Shown here in pieces: positions 8,118 to 17,048 of a stretch of DNA of 48,356 nucleotides. Every line of letters starts with the position of its first letter. Position 1 is the first letter of the stretch. Both the position numbers and the translations under genes were made by a program. The stretch covers positions 1 through 48,356 of IMG/VR virus record IMGVR_UViG_3300037722_001206. One strand, written 5' to 3'. This DNA comes from a virus (lineage: Duplodnaviria > Caudoviricetes). The notes under the pieces are model-generated. The model searched no databases. It saw only the letters and a program-made list of their open reading frames with translations, and was not told the origin of the DNA.

Positions 8118-8734
8118 AATTGCGTTTGATCCGGAATTACCGGGGTCACAACAAGGACTTTTATCAACGCGGGCCGAATTGGGTTCAATTCACCGTTCCA
8201 CCCTCCCGCAAGACAGGGCGGTTGGCGCTGATCGTTTTCTGGGCCGCCGCCGGGCGGACGCGCACGGTGACGCACAAGGTGAAGACGGCGTTCGGATCGA
8301 TGCACGTCCATGTCGAAATGAACGAACAGGATCAACCGGTGGGCGGATCGATCAGCGACCCGGGCAAGGAGCCGGACTCGCAGATCGCGCGCCTGATCGA
8401 GGATCTATCGGCCGGGCTGGATGCGGCGCTGCGGATAGGTCCTCGCGTGACCCTCGGCCCAAATCCGAGGTTGAGGGTGAAGCGGATGCGTGAAGTTCTC
8501 GATGTCAAGCGGCCATACGCCGAGTTGGACGAGGGCAGCGATCCAATTATCCCCGGTGCGGATTTTGTCGAGCAGGACGGGGTGATTTACGCCTGGTCGG
8601 AAAGCAATGTCCGGTACGAGCGAGCATGGTGGCTGTATCCGGATGCCGATGCGTCGTCGCCCTTGGTTCGGCACCTGAGAAAAACCCGTATCGGTCCGGG
8701 TCTGCAAACCCTCGATGAGACTCAGGAGGGGTGA
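8114..8734 (+). CDS. Hypothetical protein with possible TSCPD-like segment
   Basis: THKVKTAFGSMHVHV......PV..I..PGK resembles the RNR C-terminal TSCPD domain. Confidence 0.55.
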   Translation: MKLRLIRNYRGHNKDFYQRGPNWVQFTVPPSRKTGRLALIVFWAAAGRTRTVTHKVKTAFGSMHVHVEMNEQDQPVGGSISDPGKEPDSQIARLIEDLSAGLDAALRIGPRVTLGPNPRLRVKRMREVLDVKRPYAELDEGSDPIIPGADFVEQDGVIYAWSESNVRYERAWWLYPDADASSPLVRHLRKTRIGPGLQTLDETQEG

Positions 8735-9081
8735 TGCCGATGGCTAAGCCGACGTTGGGATATCCGAGCCGCACGGCGGCGGTTCAGGCGATGCAAAGGC
8801 AGGGGATTGCCGACCGCAAGATCGCGGAGCGCATCGGGATCAACACCTCGACGGTCGCGGCATTGGCGAATTCCGGCAGGCGCGCGGACAAGCGCCAGCG
8901 CAGGCCGGCCGAGGAACACGGGCGGACGGTATTGTTTCCGGTCGACATCCTTGACGCCCTGCGCCCGGCGGCGGCGGCGCGTGGAATCACAGTGAACACA
9001 TTGGCCCGGCGCCTGGTCGAGGCGGTCATCGACGACGATCTGATCGATGCGGTGCTGGATGATGGCGGGGGCGGGGCATGA
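8731..9081 (+). CDS. HTH DNA-binding protein
   Basis: KPTLGYPSRTAAV...IAERIGI..STV; AAARGITVNTLARRLVE. Confidence 0.75.
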   Translation: MMPMAKPTLGYPSRTAAVQAMQRQGIADRKIAERIGINTSTVAALANSGRRADKRQRRPAEEHGRTVLFPVDILDALRPAAAARGITVNTLARRLVEAVIDDDLIDAVLDDGGGGA

Positions 9082-9332
9082 TTCATATTCGAATTGATGG
9101 CGAATTTGATAACAGGAAACGCAAGTTCGCCTGCGGACTCGGACCCGAACTACCCAAAGGCGATAAGTGGGTAGGTGAAGGCGAATACGGCCAGCATAAA
9201 ATGGTTGATTGCCCAGGCTGCGGCGGCGCGAAGCGACAATTGGGAACGCCGATCTCGGAACTTTCAGGCCAATCCGGTAAGCCTGGTTATGATCGCTTCG
9301 TCGCCATCGCACGTTCATGGGGATATGAATGA
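9078..9332 (+). CDS. Hypothetical protein (lower GC)
   Basis: ATGA coupled on both sides; CPGC motif. Confidence 0.6.
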   Translation: MIHIRIDGEFDNRKRKFACGLGPELPKGDKWVGEGEYGQHKMVDCPGCGGAKRQLGTPISELSGQSGKPGYDRFVAIARSWGYE

Positions 9333-10456
9333 TCGCGATGACCGGCCTTCGGGGGTTTGGGTTCGCGGCGCCGGAGAGTGGCACCGCCCTGGCGCGCTAT
9401 GACGCGGCGCGCGGCGCGCTGGCGGCGGCGCGCTCGATCGACGAGGTGAAGGAGGTGCGCGACAAGGTCGAGGCATTGCGCCTGTACGCGCGCCAGGCGC
9501 ACGACGTCGAGCTGGAGACATGGGCGGCGGAGATCAAGCTGCGGGCGCAGCGGCGCCTGGGCGAATTGAGCCGGGATCTGGAGACCAGCAAGGGCGGGCG
9601 CAATCCGGCGGCTACTCTTGCCGATGGCGGGATGAGTAAGCGCGCGGCGCTGAAGGCGGCGGGGATCTCGACGAGTGCTGCGCATCGGTGCGAGGCGGTG
9701 GCGGCGATCCCCGAGGCCGAGTTCGAGACCTTCATCGCAGGCCGTGCGGCGGCCGGGCAGCCGGTGCACGCGGGCGAGGCGGTCAAGACCCTGCGCCACG
9801 CCGCGCGGCGGGCGGCGGCGATGGCGGCGCAGGGATCGCACCGCACGGATACGACAGCGGACCTGGCGGCGCTCGCGGCCGATGTGGCGGCGGGCGCGCG
9901 GCCGCCGTTCGGCTGCATCCTTGCCGATCCGGCCTGGGAATACGAGACCTGGAGCGAGGGCGGCCAGGGGCGCTCGGCGGCGATGAAATACCGGACCATG
10001 ACCGAGGCCGAGATCGCGGCCCTGGGGGCGCACGTGCGCGTCCTGCCGGCGGACGATTGCCTGCTCATGCTGTGGGGGGTGTGGCCGCAGCTGCCGGGGG
10101 CCTTGGCGGTCATCGCGGCCTGGGGGTTCACGTACAAGACCTGCGGCCTGTTGTGGGAAAAGCTCAACCCGTCGGGCGAAGGGTTCCACGAGGGCATGGG
10201 CAAATGGACGCGGGCAAACACGGAGCCGTGCCTGCTGGCGACCCGCGGGGCCCCGTTCCGCCTGAACACGGACGTGGACCAATTGCTGGTCGCCCCGCGC
10301 GGGCGGCACAGCGAGAAGCCGGCGGAAGCGCACGCGCGCATCGAGCGCCTGGTGGGCGGGCCGTACCTGGAGCTGTTCGGGCGGGCGCGGGTGCCCGGGT
10401 GGACGGTGTGGGGGAACGAGGTGGCCGCCCCCGGCGGTGGGGCGGCGGTGGCATGA
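9329..10456 (+). CDS. MT-A70 family N6-adenine methyltransferase with N-terminal extension
   Basis: ILADPAW, AWGFTYKT..WEK, WTRANTEPCLL, HSEKP, YLELFGR, WTVWGNE. Confidence 0.92.
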   Translation: MIAMTGLRGFGFAAPESGTALARYDAARGALAAARSIDEVKEVRDKVEALRLYARQAHDVELETWAAEIKLRAQRRLGELSRDLETSKGGRNPAATLADGGMSKRAALKAAGISTSAAHRCEAVAAIPEAEFETFIAGRAAAGQPVHAGEAVKTLRHAARRAAAMAAQGSHRTDTTADLAALAADVAAGARPPFGCILADPAWEYETWSEGGQGRSAAMKYRTMTEAEIAALGAHVRVLPADDCLLMLWGVWPQLPGALAVIAAWGFTYKTCGLLWEKLNPSGEGFHEGMGKWTRANTEPCLLATRGAPFRLNTDVDQLLVAPRGRHSEKPAEAHARIERLVGGPYLELFGRARVPGWTVWGNEVAAPGGGAAVA

Positions 10457-10593
10457 ATACTCACGGGGCGGGGATGAATACTTGGGGAATACTTGCGGCG
10501 GCGGCCCTCGGGTCAAGCCCGCGGGTGGTCCACGGATCGGGCCCGAGGGCCAATGTTTCACGTTTGACGTTTCATGGCGGGGTTGGGGCATGA
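10453..10593 (+). CDS. 46-aa spacer ORF
   Basis: ATGA overlap with both flanking methylase genes; contains a REP-like palindrome and the 20-bp motif. Confidence 0.35.
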   Translation: MNTHGAGMNTWGILAAAALGSSPRVVHGSGPRANVSRLTFHGGVGA

Positions 10594-11459
10594 ATGCCCC
10601 ACGGCGGCCGGCGCTGCGCTGGCATGGCGGCAAGTGGAAGCTGGCGCCGTGGATCGTCGAGCACTTTCCGGCGCATCGGATCTATGTCGAGCCGTATGGC
10701 GGCGCGGCCTCGGTGCTGCTGCGGAAAGAGCGCGCCTACGCCGAGATCTACAACGACCTGGATGGCGCGGTCGTGACCTTGTTCCGGGTGCTGCGCGATC
10801 CCGGCTCGTCGGCCGAGCTGATACGGCGTTTGGAATTGACGCCCTTCGCGCGCGCCGAATTCGAGGATGCCTACGCGCCGGCGGACGATCCGATCGAGAC
10901 GGCGCGGCGGTTGTGCATCCGATCCTTCATGGGATTCGGCTCGGACGGGCATAACCCGGAGACCCGAACGGGCTTCCGCGCGGCCAGCAACCGCAGCGGG
11001 ACCACGCCAGCGCACGATTGGGCGAATTACCCGGAGGCGCTGGCCCGGGTCGCGGCGCGGGTCGGCGGCCTCGTGATCGAGTGCCGGCCCGCGATCGAGG
11101 TCATGCGCGCGCACGACGGCCCGGAGACGCTGCACTATGTGGACCCGCCCTATCTGCCAGCGGTGCGCTCGGCGAAAAGCCGCCGGGGCGGCGGCAAATA
11201 CCATGCCTACGCGCACGAAATGACGGCGGCGGATCATGGCGCATTGCTGGCCTACTTGCGCGATCTGCGCGGCATGGCGGTGCTGTCGGGCTATCCGAGC
11301 GCGGCCTACGACGGCGCCTTGCCCGGCTGGCGGCGGGTCGTGATCGCCGCCCTGGCCGACGGGGCGCGGGCGCGCACGGAGTGCCTGTGGCTGAATCCGG
11401 CGGCGGTGGCGCGGCGCGAACACGGGCCGCTTTGGGCGGCGGCGGGGCTGGCGTCGTGA
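10590..11459 (+). CDS. Dam-like (D12 class) DNA adenine methylase
   Basis: LRWHGGKW, YVEPYGGAASVL, EIYNDLD, YVDPPY. Confidence 0.93.
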   Translation: MNAPRRPALRWHGGKWKLAPWIVEHFPAHRIYVEPYGGAASVLLRKERAYAEIYNDLDGAVVTLFRVLRDPGSSAELIRRLELTPFARAEFEDAYAPADDPIETARRLCIRSFMGFGSDGHNPETRTGFRAASNRSGTTPAHDWANYPEALARVAARVGGLVIECRPAIEVMRAHDGPETLHYVDPPYLPAVRSAKSRRGGGKYHAYAHEMTAADHGALLAYLRDLRGMAVLSGYPSAAYDGALPGWRRVVIAALADGARARTECLWLNPAAVARREHGPLWAAAGLAS

Positions 11460-11487
11460 TGCCGACAATCCACCGGCGGGCGGCGCT

Positions 11488-12759
11488 ATGAAGCGGGCGG
11501 GAACAGCATCGCCGGTGAAAAACCTCCGCAAGGCCGGGCGGTCGCGGTGGGAATGGATGCAATGGGCCTGGTCGGCGCCGGTGCGGCCGAGCGGGCGGAA
11601 ATTCGTGCTGGTGGCCCTGTCCGGGCACGTCGATGAAACGGCTCGGGCCTGGCCGAGCCAGGCCTTGCTGTGCCGCGAGACCAGCCAATCGCGGCGCACG
11701 GTACAGCAGCACCTGGAGGCCCTGGAGGCGGACGGATGGCTGACCAGTGAGGCGCGGCGGGACAGCGAAGGGCACTTCGAGGAAAGCGCCTACACGGTGC
11801 ATTATGAGCGCGGCCGGGCCTATGTGGAGGCGGTGCAACAAGGCCGCGATCCGGACGCAGCGGAAGCCCGGCCAGCGGGTGACGAAGGGGATGCCGCAGG
11901 GGCCGACCATGCGCAGATTTCGCGCACGGACCATGCGCAGATTTCGCGCACGGACCATGCGCAGATTTCGCGCACGGACCATGCGCAGATTTCGCCGTCA
12001 CCGTGCGCAGATTCTGCAACCCCCTCTATAGAAGAAATTTCAAAAGAGGAAATAAGAGGGGGCGCGCGCGACGCCGCCGCTGTGGATAACTCTGGCGACG
12101 CGCGCGCCGAGCCTGGAGGCCCCAAATCCGAGGACGAGGCCCCCGGCCCGCCGCCGGCGTGCGCGGTGTGGCGGGAGGCCGAGGCGCGGTTGCGGGCGGT
12201 GCCGGCCTGGGCCCTGCTGTGCCGGGCGATTCCCGACGCCGACGACGGCGAGGTGCTGACCCTGGCGGTGGAGGCGCCGTGGGTGGGCTATGCCATCCTG
12301 GCCTGGGCCTGCGGCGGACCGTTCGGGGCGGAGGCGTTGGTGGGGCGGCGGATCGACTGCCGGGTTCGGCGGTGGGTGCAGGCGGCCCTGGCCGAGCGGG
12401 GCCAGTTCACGGCGGGCAAGCCCTCGCTCGCGGCGCACCGGCGCGACGGCGAGACCGTGCGCCTGGACGATCCGGCCTGGGCGGCCTGGCAGGCGGCGCG
12501 GGCGGAACATCCGGAGTGCGCCTGGCTGGACTGCGCCCTGCCCGACGACATCGAGGACGACGCCCTGGTCGTGCGGGTCGGCGACGCGCGGCACATGACG
12601 CAGCTGCTCGACGGGGCGCTCGATGGGTTGGCGGCGGCCGTGGGCCTGGCGGTGAAGCCGCGCTACGGCGGCGACATGTTCGCGGCCCTGGCGGCACAGC
12701 GGGAGCGCGACCCGCTGCGGGCGGTGGAGACGGCGGGCGATGCAACGGGAACAGGATGA
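11488..12759 (+). CDS. Phage replication initiator (N-terminal HTH_36-like)
   Basis: KFVLVAL...AWPSQALL..ET..SRRTV..HL..LE..GW; internal iterons. Confidence 0.82.
   Translation: MKRAGTASPVKNLRKAGRSRWEWMQWAWSAPVRPSGRKFVLVALSGHVDETARAWPSQALLCRETSQSRRTVQQHLEALEADGWLTSEARRDSEGHFEESAYTVHYERGRAYVEAVQQGRDPDAAEARPAGDEGDAAGADHAQISRTDHAQISRTDHAQISRTDHAQISPSPCADSATPSIEEISKEEIRGGARDAAAVDNSGDARAEPGGPKSEDEAPGPPPACAVWREAEARLRAVPAWALLCRAIPDADDGEVLTLAVEAPWVGYAILAWACGGPFGAEALVGRRIDCRVRRWVQAALAERGQFTAGKPSLAAHRRDGETVRLDDPAWAAWQAARAEHPECAWLDCALPDDIEDDALVVRVGDARHMTQLLDGALDGLAAAVGLAVKPRYGGDMFAALAAQRERDPLRAVETAGDATGTG
11905..12089. repeat. Replication origin: 24-bp iterons, A-rich tract, DnaA box
   Basis: GACCATGCGCAGATTTCGCGCACG at 11905, 11929, 11953, partial at 11977, degenerate at 12001; A-rich run about 12027-12057; TGTGGATAA at 12081. 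Confidence 0.8.
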
Positions 12760-13525
12760 CGGTACGGTGAGCAAACTCGCATTTCCGGGATCCGTTTCCT
12801 TCGCGTTCATCCCGCGGCCCGATCTGCCCGGCCAAATGGTCGAATTGCATTTGCCCGATATGGCTGGAGAGGATCGGCGCTGGCTGTTCGCCGTGATTCA
12901 GGACGAATTCGGCGTGCCGCGCCTTGAGGATGCGAATCAGATCATCGAGACCCGGGTCGAAATCTCGCGCCAGAACATCAAACAAAATCGGGACCTGCGG
13001 CGTATCTGGACGGCCGGCGCCGATCGGGTGAGCGTGCGGCGGCGGGGGAGGCGAAAAAAAATCTATCGAAAATCCGCGGGCGAACCGCTGGATCTCGATC
13101 ACTCAATCGTTCAACTGCTCGCCGGGTGGTATGAAACGGGTGGCATCAGCCTGGTGATGTTGCGTGCCGGCAATCGTTTTGCCAATGAAGTGCGTGCCAT
13201 GCACGAGCCGACGCTGAACGCTATGGATATGGCGCGGGTCCGGGTTGATAATTCGGTCAAGGAATTGCTTTGGCCCGTTGGCGGCGACAATCGCCGATCG
13301 GTGGTGGCGGTGCGCGATGCGCTCGCCGCGTGCGGCGGGACGAATAGCCGACTCGGTTCCCTGGTCGCGCACGTGTTGGGACGCGAGCTGTCGTTGCGCC
13401 GATGGTGCGAGATCGAGGGCGCCCGTTTCGGCATCGCCCGACCGGCGGCGGCTAATCTCTTGAAAGCAGCCCTTGAGGTGTTGGCGGTGCATTACGGAAC
13501 CGGACGCCAATTTGATTCTGATTGA
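12740..13525 (+). CDS. Probable late-gene regulator (DUF6456-like); start uncertain
   Basis: Position after initiator; LRAGNRF...RVRVD...LKAALEVLAVHYG pattern. Confidence 0.6.
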   Translation: MQREQDDGTVSKLAFPGSVSFAFIPRPDLPGQMVELHLPDMAGEDRRWLFAVIQDEFGVPRLEDANQIIETRVEISRQNIKQNRDLRRIWTAGADRVSVRRRGRRKKIYRKSAGEPLDLDHSIVQLLAGWYETGGISLVMLRAGNRFANEVRAMHEPTLNAMDMARVRVDNSVKELLWPVGGDNRRSVVAVRDALAACGGTNSRLGSLVAHVLGRELSLRRWCEIEGARFGIARPAAANLLKAALEVLAVHYGTGRQFDSD

Positions 13526-13636
13526 CAGGTGGCGTGCCACTGAACTAGGAATCCGGATATTGAGACAGAGGTGCGACTGCAGCACCGCCCGCAAACACTC
13601 GTGCGGGATGATTCAGCAAACATTCGCGGACGGTTC

Positions 13637-13670
13637 GAAAGGGGCGCGGCTCGAAGTCGCGCCCCTTTCA
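13637..13670 (+). terminator. Strong hairpin downstream of the putative late promoter
   Basis: GAAAGGGGCGCGGC-TCGAA-GTCGCGCCCCTTTC; TTGACA at 13522 upstream. Confidence 0.5.
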
Positions 13671-13694
13671 ATTCTGATCCCAGCGGAGGCAGCA

Positions 13695-14318
13695 TTGATC
13701 GCCATCTCCATCGTCATCATCGAATGGACCAAGCGGCAGAAACAAATCGCCAAGCAACAGGATTTCGCCATGGCTGTCGCCCTGACGCGCACGGCCAAGG
13801 ACGCGGCAAGCGATGTGATGGTCTCGTTGGATACCGCCTTCGATCGCCCGACGCCCTTCACCAAGCGGGGCATCACGATCATCCCGGCCAAGAAGGGAGA
13901 GCCGGTCGCCTATGTGCTCGCTAAGGACATCCAGGCCGATTATCTGGCGATACAGGAGGTTGGCGGCGTTCGCACGCCCAAACCCGGTGCGCCGGTGTTG
14001 GCACCCGTGCAGATCGGCGTGAATGTGTACGGAAATATCCCCAAGGGCAAGATCAGGCGGGAAATCGCCAAGCCCGCGGTGTTCGTTTCGGGCCAGGATG
14101 AATCGCGCACCCGGCATCTGCCGCCCGGCATCTATCAGCGGTTTAAGCCGACGCGCCGGCACGCGGCCAGGCCACCCAAGTTGCTCGTCGCCCTTCGTAA
14201 ACGGGCCGGATATCGTCCGCGCCTTGGCATGCACAAGACTGTGAACAAGACCGTGCTGCGGACCTTTCCAGGGCATTATATCGAGGCCCTGCGCAAAGCC
14301 CTGGAGAGCGCACGTTGA
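13695..14318 (+). CDS. Conserved phage protein (minor tail Z-like, FDRPTPFT family)
   Basis: FAMAVALTRTAK...FDRPTPFT motif; GGAGG RBS before TTG at 13695. Confidence 0.7.
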   Translation: MIAISIVIIEWTKRQKQIAKQQDFAMAVALTRTAKDAASDVMVSLDTAFDRPTPFTKRGITIIPAKKGEPVAYVLAKDIQADYLAIQEVGGVRTPKPGAPVLAPVQIGVNVYGNIPKGKIRREIAKPAVFVSGQDESRTRHLPPGIYQRFKPTRRHAARPPKLLVALRKRAGYRPRLGMHKTVNKTVLRTFPGHYIEALRKALESAR

Positions 14319-14384
14319 CGGGATTATGCTGACGCACGTTCCAACGCTCTTCCAAATCACGTTTGAAAAATGCTGGAGCGAACG

Positions 14385-14460
14385 TCGGCCCCCTTCGGGG
14401 CCCCTGGGCGTTCGAAAAGCCGAGGGTAATTCGCGAGCGTGGGCCATTTCTAGGCACAGA
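14385..14460. other. Possible cos/packaging region
   Basis: Non-coding gap just upstream of the ParB/terminase block, where lambda-gpA-type phages usually carry cos; hairpin GGCCCC-TTCG-GGGCC. Confidence 0.3.
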
Positions 14461-14557
14461 TCGAAAAAAGATCATGTCGTGTCGCAACCATCCTGTGGCG
14501 CACTCCGATCTGCAATGCCAATCCGCCGACATCGACCGAGGAAAAGGGTGGCGCGAC

Positions 14558-15163
14558 ATGGCCAAGAAACGATCTAGTCGAAAAACTAGCACCAGCCGAA
14601 ACAAATCCTCGCCGTGGCCAGCCGATCAGGTGGAGCGCCGCCCGCTGACAGATCTGATTCCCTATGCGCAGAACGCGCGCATGCATTCGCCCGAACAGGT
14701 GAAACAGATCGTGGCCTCGATCCAGGAATGGGGCTGGACCAATCCGGTCTTAATCGATGAGAACGGGCAAATCATCGCCGGCCATGGGCGAGTTCTGGCG
14801 GCGCAGAAGTTGAAAATCGCCGACGTGCCGGTGATGGTGGCGCGGGGCTGGACGGAGACGCAGAAGCGCGCCTATGTGCTGGCCGATAATCAGCTCGCCC
14901 TGAATGGCAGTTGGGACGAGGCAATTTTGCGGCTCGAATTGGATGATCTCAAGGTTGCCGGCGCCGATTTGGATCTGATTGGATTCAGCGAGAAGGACAT
15001 GCTGAGATTGCTTGGCGACGGAACGAAGGACGCCGATACGACGCCGCAAATGAATGGTCTTGAATTCCGCGTCGTCCTCGATTGTGAGGGAGAGGATCAT
15101 CAGAAAGAGTTGTTGCAACGCTTCGAGCAGGAGGGGCTTAAATGCCGAGCATTGATCTCGTAG
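14558..15163 (+). CDS. ParB/Srx N-terminal domain protein
   Basis: LIPYAQNARMHS.EQV.QI..SI.EWGWTNPVLID....IIAGHGR..AA; AYVLADNQL. Confidence 0.92.
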   Translation: MAKKRSSRKTSTSRNKSSPWPADQVERRPLTDLIPYAQNARMHSPEQVKQIVASIQEWGWTNPVLIDENGQIIAGHGRVLAAQKLKIADVPVMVARGWTETQKRAYVLADNQLALNGSWDEAILRLELDDLKVAGADLDLIGFSEKDMLRLLGDGTKDADTTPQMNGLEFRVVLDCEGEDHQKELLQRFEQEGLKCRALIS

Positions 15164-16308
15164 TCTCCAGTCCGCTCGAACGGAGCGTCCGGATTAAACA
15201 ACTTGAAGCCATGTTCGACGTGCCGCCGGCGGAGATGCTGCGGCATCATTGGCAGGGAGATCTGGCGATCGAGGACCGCCCATGGAATATCGGTCTGTTG
15301 GTGGGACCAAGCGGATCGGGCAAATCGAGCATTCTATCGAACGTCTTTGGTGACATGCCGCGCCTGAAATGGAAGGCGGCGGGCGTGATCGACGATTTCG
15401 ATGCCAAGCACAAGATGGACGACATCGCCAAGATTTGCAGCGCCGTCGGATTCAACACCATTCCATCATGGATGAAGCCTTATAAGGTTCTATCGAACGG
15501 TGAACGCTTCCGGGTAGACCTGGCCCGGCGTCTGATCGAATTGAACGATCCGATCGTGGTCGACGAATTCACATCGGTTGTCGATCGCCAGGTGGCAAAA
15601 ATCGGCGCGCACGCGGTCCAGAAATACGTGCGCAGAAACAAGAGACAATTCGTGGCGGCGACGTGCCACTACGACGTGATCGAATGGTTGCAGCCGGACT
15701 GGATGCTTGAACCGGCAACCATGACGTTCACTTGGAGGTCCCTTCAAGGACGCCCGGACATCGATTGCACAATCTGCCGGGTGCCCTTTAGCGCCTGGCA
15801 GCTCTTCGCTCCGTTTCACTATCTGACCGCTGATCTGCATCCGATGGCGCGATGTTTCGTGCTGTTTGTAGGCGCGTATCCGGCGGCCTTCGCGGGAATG
15901 TTGCATCGTCCGCATCCACGAGTACGCGATATCATGGGATGCAGCCGATTGGTGACGCTGCCCGACTATCAAGGATTGGGCTTGGCCTTCGTATTGATCG
16001 ATCGGGTTGCGGCCGCCTTCAAGACGCGTGGCAAACGGGTGCATACCTATCCCGCCCATCCGGCGTTGATCCGTGGTTTCGATAAATCATCCCATTGGGC
16101 GATGCACAAACGGCCCGGCAGATTCGGCTTGTCGCGGCGCGCCGCGCCGCTGAGTACCATGCCGGAGTCGGCGCACATCGGCGGCCGGCCCAACGCGGTG
16201 TTCGAATATGCCGGACCGCCATTGTCGGAAGAAGAAACGGCGGCCTTGATGCCGCCAAATGCGAGCGGCGAACGCGTGACGTGGTCAAAAACAAAGGCGT
16301 TGGCATAG
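15142..16308 (+). CDS. ABC ATPase fused to a GNAT acetyltransferase
   Basis: Walker A GPSGSGKS, signature LSNGE, Walker B VVDEFTSVVD, H-loop ATCH; C-terminal SRLVTLPDYQGLGL acetyl-CoA motif. Confidence 0.9.
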   Translation: MPSIDLVVSSPLERSVRIKQLEAMFDVPPAEMLRHHWQGDLAIEDRPWNIGLLVGPSGSGKSSILSNVFGDMPRLKWKAAGVIDDFDAKHKMDDIAKICSAVGFNTIPSWMKPYKVLSNGERFRVDLARRLIELNDPIVVDEFTSVVDRQVAKIGAHAVQKYVRRNKRQFVAATCHYDVIEWLQPDWMLEPATMTFTWRSLQGRPDIDCTICRVPFSAWQLFAPFHYLTADLHPMARCFVLFVGAYPAAFAGMLHRPHPRVRDIMGCSRLVTLPDYQGLGLAFVLIDRVAAAFKTRGKRVHTYPAHPALIRGFDKSSHWAMHKRPGRFGLSRRAAPLSTMPESAHIGGRPNAVFEYAGPPLSEEETAALMPPNASGERVTWSKTKALA

Positions 16309-16328
16309 TGAATCGACGGACGGATCCG

Positions 16329-16493
16329 ATGAGCAACAATCGCCATGCCGATTATTTACGGACAGCACAGGAATGGTGCGCGGCGGGCGACTTCCTGATC
16401 TGTCTCGATCAAGACGATATCGATGCGCTACTGGCGCGCGTCGGCGTGGCCCGGCCCAAAAAAAGCCCCGCGCCGGCGAGGGCGCAGGGCTGA
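16329..16493 (+). CDS. Small hypothetical protein
   Basis: Short ORF following ABC-GNAT. Confidence 0.35.
   Translation: MSNNRHADYLRTAQEWCAAGDFLICLDQDDIDALLARVGVARPKKSPAPARAQG
16458..16491 (-). terminator. Intrinsic terminator of the inverted accessory operon
   Basis: Minus strand AGCCCTGCGCC-loop-GGCGCGGGGCT followed by a T run, just past the stop at 16510. Confidence 0.75.
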
Positions 16494-16509
16494 AAATAGC
16501 GATTAACGA

Positions 16510-17040
16510 TCAGGTGTTCTCTAACTGGCGTTCTTCGACGCGGCATTCGCCGTCGCATGTCCGACAAAAATGCCCCTTATCGAATGTATCGTGAATTTCG
16601 AAGGTCTGGGTCTCGACGTTCCAACAAGCGTAAGCATCGACGAGAACGTCAACGCTTCCGCAGGCCGTGCAGACGATTTTGCATCGGGGCGATTTGCTTA
16701 TTCCCGGCGACAGGTTCGCTGACTTATCGATGATGTGATTTTGAATGAATTCGTCCAGATCGAAACAATCGATCAGATGCCATTCGGCGTCATATTCGTC
16801 CAGGAATTCCTCGATTGATTGTTCGTCGTCATTGTCGTCCAAATCACCTGATTGTTGCTCGCAACGAGACGCCGCCATTTCCAGACGGCAGAAACGCTCC
16901 GCCTGTTCGTGATCCTTGGCCTCGACAACAGTGCCGTAACTGCCGCCTTCAGGGAAATCATCCCAGGTCATGGTTACGTAGAATCGATGGAGACGCAAAA
17001 TTGTGCCGGGATTGCTGATCTCTGGTGTTGTGTTTGTCAT
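16510..17040 (-). CDS. Acidic hypothetical protein with C-terminal Zn ribbon
   Basis: AAGGGAA RBS; CTACGS.DV..DAYA.W...Q...C..C. Confidence 0.75.
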   Translation of the reverse strand: MTNTTPEISNPGTILRLHRFYVTMTWDDFPEGGSYGTVVEAKDHEQAERFCRLEMAASRCEQQSGDLDDNDDEQSIEEFLDEYDAEWHLIDCFDLDEFIQNHIIDKSANLSPGISKSPRCKIVCTACGSVDVLVDAYACWNVETQTFEIHDTFDKGHFCRTCDGECRVEERQLENT

Positions 17041-17048
17041 TGTATCAA

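Noticed and set aside
11905-12000. 24-bp tandem repeats as CRISPR
   Set aside because: No spacers; in-frame within the initiator gene, consistent with iterons
13600-13670. Hammerhead-like GAAA plus hairpin
   Set aside because: No CUGANGA core (GGAUGA only); simple hairpin
15142-16308. ABC transporter
   Set aside because: No permease or binding protein nearby; fused GNAT domain indicates a non-transport role
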